Source of the DNA: Eukaryota sp. TZLM1-RC
Lineage: Eukaryota; Protista; Metamonada: BaSk clade
Assembly: GCA_040285825.1 (NCBI GenBank)
Contig: JAUPSS010000004.1
Span: 4,183,784-4,247,783, forward strand
DNA: 64,000 nt
Direction of reading: 5' to 3'
The number at the start of each line of letters is the position of its first letter. Positions within the stretch are counted from its first letter, which is position 1. A program made the translations under genes and the position numbers. Below are positions 57,871 through 64,000 of the stretch, piece by piece. Below the pieces are notes generated by a model. The model saw only the letters and a program-made list of their open reading frames with translations. It searched no databases and was not told the DNA's origin.

Positions 57871-58593
57871 ATAATTTATAGGAAATAATCAGGGAGTTCC
57901 TCAACTAAAATCACAACTTTTGAATTTCACAACTTGTAATTGTGACGTGTCTTCATACACTAAACAATCATATGTCTGATCATATTCGTATTTGGTAGTC
58001 TTACTTTTGTTGTATAGTCTTCTATATCAGAATCATTCTGACAGAATGGTTTGTATAAGTGGATAGTAAATACTAACCAAATCATATTTCCCAATTACAA
58101 ACACAGTAGTTACCAGCACACCTCCATTGAATTTACCTATTGCCAGCCCAAGTATGTGTGCTAGTAATGAAGATTTTTGTGCTTGTGTTGGGAGAGAAAG
58201 CGATACTAGGAGGTCTCTGAAATGTCTCTAATCTTCTATTGAAAAATTAAACACTCTTCACGATTTTCAGTTGGTTTCTAGGGTCCGAAATGTCTATTGA
58301 CCAGATTAGCATTGTTTACCCTCATTTAATCTAGTTCAACCATTACTCAAACTCTAAGCTAAAATGGTTAAGACTGCTAAAAGTAACTGTTTATTTTGTC
58401 CAATTCTGCCAATTTTGTCAAAAAGTGTTGTGTGGTTTACTTTTCATTGTTTTTCCTTCATTTTTCAATAACTTTTCATGTGTTGAATTTTATGAATTTA
58501 AGTGGTTTTTTACTCTAAAACAGTGTTATAAAAGCCAAATAGATCACATTGTAACTGGAGTTCTCCAGATGAATAATTCACAAAATCCTTTAT

Positions 58594-59475
58594 TTACAAC
58601 TCAGCTCTCAAAATGTCCTGAAGAATGTCACTCAAAGCAACAACACCAATTGGTTTTTTGGAACCATCACTTGTTAAATACACATGATGGACTCCTGTTG
58701 CACTCAGCTTCTTGACAACATTAATGAAGCTATCAAGCGGCGTGGAATAGATAATCGGACTCTTAGTCACCAGTTCCCTGCTCTTTACTCTTGAAATTGT
58801 ATCTAAAACAGTCTCTGTCAGAAACAAAGCACTTTTGGTGGTAAGTATTGCTTTCACATCACTGATACTAATATTGGACACTAGTTCCCCGTGATCATTC
58901 ACAATACCCACTGAGTATATCTTGTGTTCATCCATAAGACGAAACGCCGTGATTGATTTATCAGTTACGTGAACATTATAAACTTGCTTGGGAACTCCAC
59001 AAAAGCAGTCACCTATGGGTTTTTCTCTCAGTGTTGGAATCAGTGAGTCATTTTTTGACAGGAACCTCAGAACATCAGTCTGACTTACAATTCGGCATTG
59101 ATCACCTTCATCAAAGACTGGAACTCTACGGACGTGTGCTAGGATCCGCACAGCATCTAACAAATTGTTGCTCTCCTTTAATGGGATTATGGGGTTTCGC
59201 TTGCTAGTGCTGATGAGTTCAGAGATGGGGGTGATGGTGCAGAGATCAATCAGATTAGTAGTACTACCATAGTGTGTGACAATATAATGCACAATATCGG
59301 CGATGTCCAGCAGTCCCAAAACAATTGAATCAGATGTACGGACTACGGGTGCGGTATAGTAACCTTGTAGTAGTTGGGTCAATGCATCAAGAATATTGTC
59401 TTTGGAATCAATAGTTAATGACTCATGGCGAGAAGGTATGTGTCTGACCAGAATGTTTTCATAGTGAGCGTCCAT
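58594..59475 (-). CDS. Four-CBS-domain protein (AMPK-gamma/Sds23-like)
   Basis: APVV..GLLDIADI, VRRVPV..IVSQTDV, NISISDV and HHVY..GVVALSDI repeats. Confidence 0.85.
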   Translation of the reverse strand: MDAHYENILVRHIPSRHESLTIDSKDNILDALTQLLQGYYTAPVVRTSDSIVLGLLDIADIVHYIVTHYGSTTNLIDLCTITPISELISTSKRNPIIPLKESNNLLDAVRILAHVRRVPVFDEGDQCRIVSQTDVLRFLSKNDSLIPTLREKPIGDCFCGVPKQVYNVHVTDKSITAFRLMDEHKIYSVGIVNDHGELVSNISISDVKAILTTKSALFLTETVLDTISRVKSRELVTKSPIIYSTPLDSFINVVKKLSATGVHHVYLTSDGSKKPIGVVALSDILQDILRAEL

Positions 59476-59702
59476 AGCAGGAAAAGTGTAGAGGATAAGG
59501 AGAAGGATAAGAACAACTGTAGATGTATGAAGACTTCTAAAGAGTGGTCAATGTGGACTCTTCTCGTTCTTTAAAATACACCAACAAAGATTTGATAAAA
59601 GGTATTCAATGGAGAAGGTGTGCATGGTTAAAATAAGTCAACAAATCAACAATATTTTATTAATATATAATTAAATACAATATTTAAAACAGAATGTGGA
59701 AA

Positions 59703-60962
59703 CTAAATGAAACTCAAAAAAGAAAATGGAATAAAGCAATGGTTATTTAAGAAAAAAACCAATGCATAACCAGACTTATCATGAGACAGAACCAACACTT
59801 CCTCTCCATTCGAGACAATGACCTCATTCTGCTTAATGGGGTCTACTGTTCTCCATGACAGACTGACTATGGCTTTACGAGCCTTGATGGGTGCCACACC
59901 AGGTGGCAAGGGAGGAGGAAAATTCAAGTACTGAACAAGATCACAAAGTGTGGGAACGTAATACGGCATTGAATGAAACGCTGCTTCGTGATGAATGATC
60001 AATTGTTCAGTGAACCACTGAAACTTGCCTAGCTTCGAGAAAAACCTGTCAAATGACGAAAGACCGAAAAAACAAGGAGAAAATACAACAGCAAGGGACT
60101 TGGCGTCCATTGTAGGATTATGAACTGATACTTGATGGAGTAACAGCGATATCAGAGCAAGGAGGGAACCATTTGAATCGAGCCGCGCAGTTATGGTTCT
60201 TAGTACACGTACAATAGACCTCGTATTAGTGTCACCAAAATCAGTCAAGTAATGTTTAAAATAGTAGGGGCAAATTAGTGGAGAGGGTAGGGATCTCAGA
60301 TATCGCTTCAATGCTGATGCAACTACTTCAGGGTACAAGCTATCAGACAAAGCAGAAAACTCTGAACGGTCAAGTTCACAAATAAAGCTGTGGAGGATAG
60401 AAGCTGCACCCTCTGTTCTGAATAGGTTCTTGAAAGTTAAAGCATGTTTGTATATCCAGCTCGCTAAACGAGAAGGTAGAATAGGAACAGGAAGCTTTTG
60501 AGAGAGAGAAATCGGATACCGGGCAAAGACTGTTTTGGGGTCGTTGTAAAAGACGCCTCTTCCAGGTTTTGTAAAGATAGGAAACGATATGACTTCACAA
60601 TCCTGGAGACAACATGTCGTTGCAATGGGGTATTTGGGAGGAGTATGTGATATGACTGGAGGAGCCCCTAAATAATCATGTTTAATGTTGGACTTAGAAA
60701 TGCCTGTTGGAGGTGCTTCATCGCTGTCAATGTCCAAACTGAGGTAAAGAGAGGGAATCCATCCATGGCAAAGGGAGTTGTAGTGTAAACTAGAAACCTT
60801 GGACCAACCAGATGATTTGTAGTCATGGAGGTGCTGTTTAACAAACACTTTCTGTCCAGTATGCACTGTCATCTCCCGTTTGGATTCAGCAACAAAGTCA
60901 AAGATGCATATGGCTGAGCAAATTAGCTCCTGACTATCAAGTAAGTCAGGAATGGCATTCAT
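59703..60962 (-). CDS. SH3-RhoGAP-SH3 protein
   Basis: N-terminal SH3 (FDF..EM..GW..GWIP..Y), RhoGAP (LFRTEG, VASALKRYLRSLPSPL, MDAKSLAVVFSP) and a degenerate C-terminal SH3. Confidence 0.85.
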   Translation of the reverse strand: MNAIPDLLDSQELICSAICIFDFVAESKREMTVHTGQKVFVKQHLHDYKSSGWSKVSSLHYNSLCHGWIPSLYLSLDIDSDEAPPTGISKSNIKHDYLGAPPVISHTPPKYPIATTCCLQDCEVISFPIFTKPGRGVFYNDPKTVFARYPISLSQKLPVPILPSRLASWIYKHALTFKNLFRTEGAASILHSFICELDRSEFSALSDSLYPEVVASALKRYLRSLPSPLICPYYFKHYLTDFGDTNTRSIVRVLRTITARLDSNGSLLALISLLLHQVSVHNPTMDAKSLAVVFSPCFFGLSSFDRFFSKLGKFQWFTEQLIIHHEAAFHSMPYYVPTLCDLVQYLNFPPPLPPGVAPIKARKAIVSLSWRTVDPIKQNEVIVSNGEEVLVLSHDKSGYALVFFLNNHCFIPFSFLSFI

Positions 60963-61084
60963 AAATGTGTTTTGTAGATAGGTTTACAGTGGAGTGAAAT
61001 AATTTTGGCTAAGTCAAAACTCAATATCTGAATTGATAATTATAAAGCAAAATTGCTATCCTTGAATGCTGAATCTCACACTCA

Positions 61085-61235
61085 TTATGTTTTTTGTCCA
61101 TTTGCTTTTTCCCTACATTGCACACTTAGACCACTTGCTTTATCTTTCTGGGATGATTTTTTGAAATTGTGAAGCAACGTACACAAGTAGTTGACAAAAT
61201 GTTTTGGCAGAACAGAATTGTATTTTCAATTTTCA
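61085..61235 (+). mobile_element. Short non-LTR 3' fragment
   Basis: CPFAF and FWQNRIVFSIF remnants. Confidence 0.55.
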
Positions 61236-61874
61236 AAGGTGCTGTCCCTTTCTTATCTTCTGCCCTGTTAGCTGTTGGTCGTTTTTATGAAGGAAACACT
61301 TGATGTTGATACATACCAACTTGTATGTTTTTTTCGAGTGATTTTGTCCACTTTGATGAAATTCCATGACATTATTTTTGGGTAAGGAAGTTGTATCTGC
61401 AAGTAATATTAGAGACCAGATAACAACAGCAGATGAGTGAAAGAACTGGTGATATTTCAATAACAAAAAGCGACATCTTGTGACATTGTGGACAAAAACT
61501 TAGGCAAAAGTGTACTTTTCGTTCTTGAAGCACACAATGCGCCACATTAATAAAAGGTAAGACTAACTTAAGACAAATTCGGAGGTATATCACCATCACT
61601 GTCCTCTCCACTGATCACACCTCTCCATAATGATCTACAATCGTTTTGATGTTGATACATGCTATCACATTATCTTATATAATCCATCACATTCTAGTCT
61701 ACTAAATACCCAGTAATTATCAATAACAATTATAGAATATATAATTCAAGTTTTGATGGGAACATTAAACTGGAAAAACTAGAGAAACACAAGCTATTGT
61801 ATTAATATTAATTAAAGTACAAAATAATTATAAACACAAAAAACTAAAAAAAACTAAATAGCAAACTAAATCAT

Positions 61875-63638
61875 TCAAGACAAATCAAACGGACCAAAAG
61901 GAACGTGATTACATCTATCAGTCCATGATGGGGGCACCGAATCCCGTCCAAAGTTATGCCAAGCCCCACGAAGGGAAAGGTAAAACCTAATGGTAAAAAA
62001 CAGAGTGGCATTAATCATGGCAAGAGAGATAAGGAAATAATGTTTGGAATGCCTGTAGTGCTTCCATAACACAGAGAAAATAGGGTCAATGCCTTGTTGG
62101 AAGCGATGTCTTGATATCAAATATAGAATCAGCATGTCAGGAATAGCAGCAGAACATAACTGAAGTAAAGCAATCAAAAGCAAGTTCCGAATGGGAGTAA
62201 CAGTGTCAAAAAGGATAAAAGAGCAGATCTTCATCAAAGAAGTAATGAGGATAGAACCAATATCTAAAACACACTCAGTCATGAATAAGTGGATATAGTA
62301 ACATTCATCAACATCAGTGATCAAAGGACCTCCGTCCTCCGCCTTGGTCTTGTTGAGTGGTACGATACCGGTACCCTTCCTCTTGAGAGGGAGAAAGGAT
62401 AAGGTTTGCGAAGTGGTGAGTGAAGAATCATTTGAGGAATTTGATAGGTTGAATCTCGGACCATCAACATGATTAGAATTTTGATCAGAGTCAAAGGAAC
62501 CATCAAATTTTGATAGCTCAACGTGTTGCAGTTCTGGGAACAAAGAGGAACAACTGATTTGCCATTCCCTTTTTGAACCACTGCTGTCCTCACTCACTAA
62601 ATTGGGAACAGAATCAACCGCAGGAAAACTATCAGATAATTTACTCCTAAACTTTTGATTAGTCGAACTAAAAGAACCTGAAGAGCACACGGATTCACTA
62701 TAGACATTGGAACTATTTGTTCTACATTCATTCCTAGGAACCAAAGCAGAACTAATCTGAGCCAAGACAATGTCCCGATACCTCACCGTAAACCTCCAAA
62801 AAACGTCACCAAGACCAGCAAGAAGAAGCATGACAGAAGTTTCCCAGAAGGAACCAGCATTAGTGATTAAAAGACGAAGCACTAGCAGTTTGCAGGCATT
62901 TTGGTATGTTATAAGGAAAACCCTGTCGTGAGGAGAGGTTTTAACATTGTTAAGAGCAAGCCTAGCACTGTACAGCATCATTCCACTAAACATTGGAGCA
63001 ATGATAACACGAATTACAAGTCTTGAAGTGATATCGTCATCATCAGAAAAGTATGCGGGCAGGATCAAAAACTCCATAAAGAGGATGTAGAAAAGAAATG
63101 GGAGGTACAAGCGAAAGAAGCAGGATTTAGATATAATGTTACGTTTAGAAACAAAATGGGCAAAGTGAAAGATGTGGAATGAAAACAAAACATAGAGGAC
63201 AACCAACAAGAGTCCAGCAGGAAGAAGGTTGGCGAAAGTGTAGGGCTTGAATGCAGACCACAGACAAATAATGATGGCAAAGGTGAGGGTATGGACTCTA
63301 AACTTCTTTAGCTGTTCACGAAAAAGAATGTACCAAGGTAAGAAGGGATAGATGAGAACACTGACATTTTGAATGACGTTATCGATGGTTAGAAAGAACA
63401 GATCGTTGCGAGTGCGGTCAGAGGGTTCACAAAACATAGAGACCCGTGAAATAAGGGTGTAGAATATATAGATGAAGGCAGGAATAGCCACCATAAACCC
63501 ATTGAGAAACAGAGTGGGGTAAAACTTGATGACAGAAATCAAAGCAGGAAAAAACGACTTGGGAGTAGGTTCGTCTATAGAGACATCATCTGAAGTACCG
63601 CCCCATGCAGCAGGGATAGGACTGTCACCATCACTCAT
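61875..63638 (-). CDS. Uncharacterised polytopic membrane protein
   Basis: 587-aa ORF with about 7-8 hydrophobic segments, a Ser-rich loop, then about 3 more hydrophobic segments. Confidence 0.75.
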   Translation of the reverse strand: MSDGDSPIPAAWGGTSDDVSIDEPTPKSFFPALISVIKFYPTLFLNGFMVAIPAFIYIFYTLISRVSMFCEPSDRTRNDLFFLTIDNVIQNVSVLIYPFLPWYILFREQLKKFRVHTLTFAIIICLWSAFKPYTFANLLPAGLLLVVLYVLFSFHIFHFAHFVSKRNIISKSCFFRLYLPFLFYILFMEFLILPAYFSDDDDITSRLVIRVIIAPMFSGMMLYSARLALNNVKTSPHDRVFLITYQNACKLLVLRLLITNAGSFWETSVMLLLAGLGDVFWRFTVRYRDIVLAQISSALVPRNECRTNSSNVYSESVCSSGSFSSTNQKFRSKLSDSFPAVDSVPNLVSEDSSGSKREWQISCSSLFPELQHVELSKFDGSFDSDQNSNHVDGPRFNLSNSSNDSSLTTSQTLSFLPLKRKGTGIVPLNKTKAEDGGPLITDVDECYYIHLFMTECVLDIGSILITSLMKICSFILFDTVTPIRNLLLIALLQLCSAAIPDMLILYLISRHRFQQGIDPIFSVLWKHYRHSKHYFLISLAMINATLFFTIRFYLSLRGAWHNFGRDSVPPSWTDRCNHVPFGPFDLS

Positions 63639-63744
63639 CGTTGATTTAGTGGGTTAATAATCAATGGTTCAATCGAATTTTCGTGGCAAGCTTCAGTTGA
63701 ACTTTCGACTTTGTTTACTTGTTCACTTTTGTATTGCTATTTGT

Positions 63745-64000
63745 CTGTGTCGTAATTAGAGAAGGAACGTTTTCCTGAAAACCAACAATTGTGTCAGTGT
63801 CTATTTATTTTATTTGCAGAAAGAAATTGAATGCATCTCTCCTCGTATCTGGCACAATTGCCTTCCTGCTGATGTTCAAGAAATTTCACCAATTGTCGTC
63901 AAGCAAATGTGTATTCTCAGTAGATCGTAATTGTTTACTCATGTCGACAATAAAGTGTAGTATTTACAATTGCTTCCGCAAAAATTAACAAAAAACCGCA
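63745..64000 (+). mobile_element. Degraded non-LTR fragment
   Basis: Resembles window positions 1-80 (GAAATTGAATGCATCTCTCCTC..TTCCTGCTGAT.TTCAAGAAATT). Confidence 0.6.

Noticed and set aside
1-64000. Stop-codon reassignment to explain the many broken ORFs
   Set aside because: Host genes have no in-frame stops once introns are removed, and they terminate with TAA, TAG and TGA. Breaks are confined to decayed mobile elements.

Overview
AT-rich eukaryotic DNA, probably from a protist with a compact genome (inference). It uses the standard genetic code and has short intergenic gaps and 29-32 nt GT-AG introns. Islands of host genes (RtcA, CysK, DDX24-like helicase, EF-hand protein, INO1, AlkD-like, Yip1, TMEM214-like, DNAJC17-like, ArsM, CBS, SH3-RhoGAP and an orphan membrane protein) lie among many nested mobile elements. 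These include numerous degraded CRE-clade-like RT-RLE non-LTR retrotransposons, several Ty3/Gypsy elements with chromodomain-like tails, and hAT and MULE fragments. The main highlight is three TnpB/Fanzor-type RNA-guided nuclease loci from two subfamilies. One (20854-22683, minus strand) is intact, with a full RuvC D-E-D triad, and is followed by a strongly structured candidate omegaRNA. All three loci end in the same motif, ACAGATT-N5-8-TTAAC, which is a candidate scaffold/guide boundary. Other notable structures are a Gypsy element carrying an unassigned ~540-aa insert between RNase H and integrase, inserted with a 4-bp TSD into one Fanzor gene, and a ~6.2-kb near-identical inverted duplication with a fold-back hairpin at its junction. 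All family assignments come from motifs recognised by eye; no searches were run.
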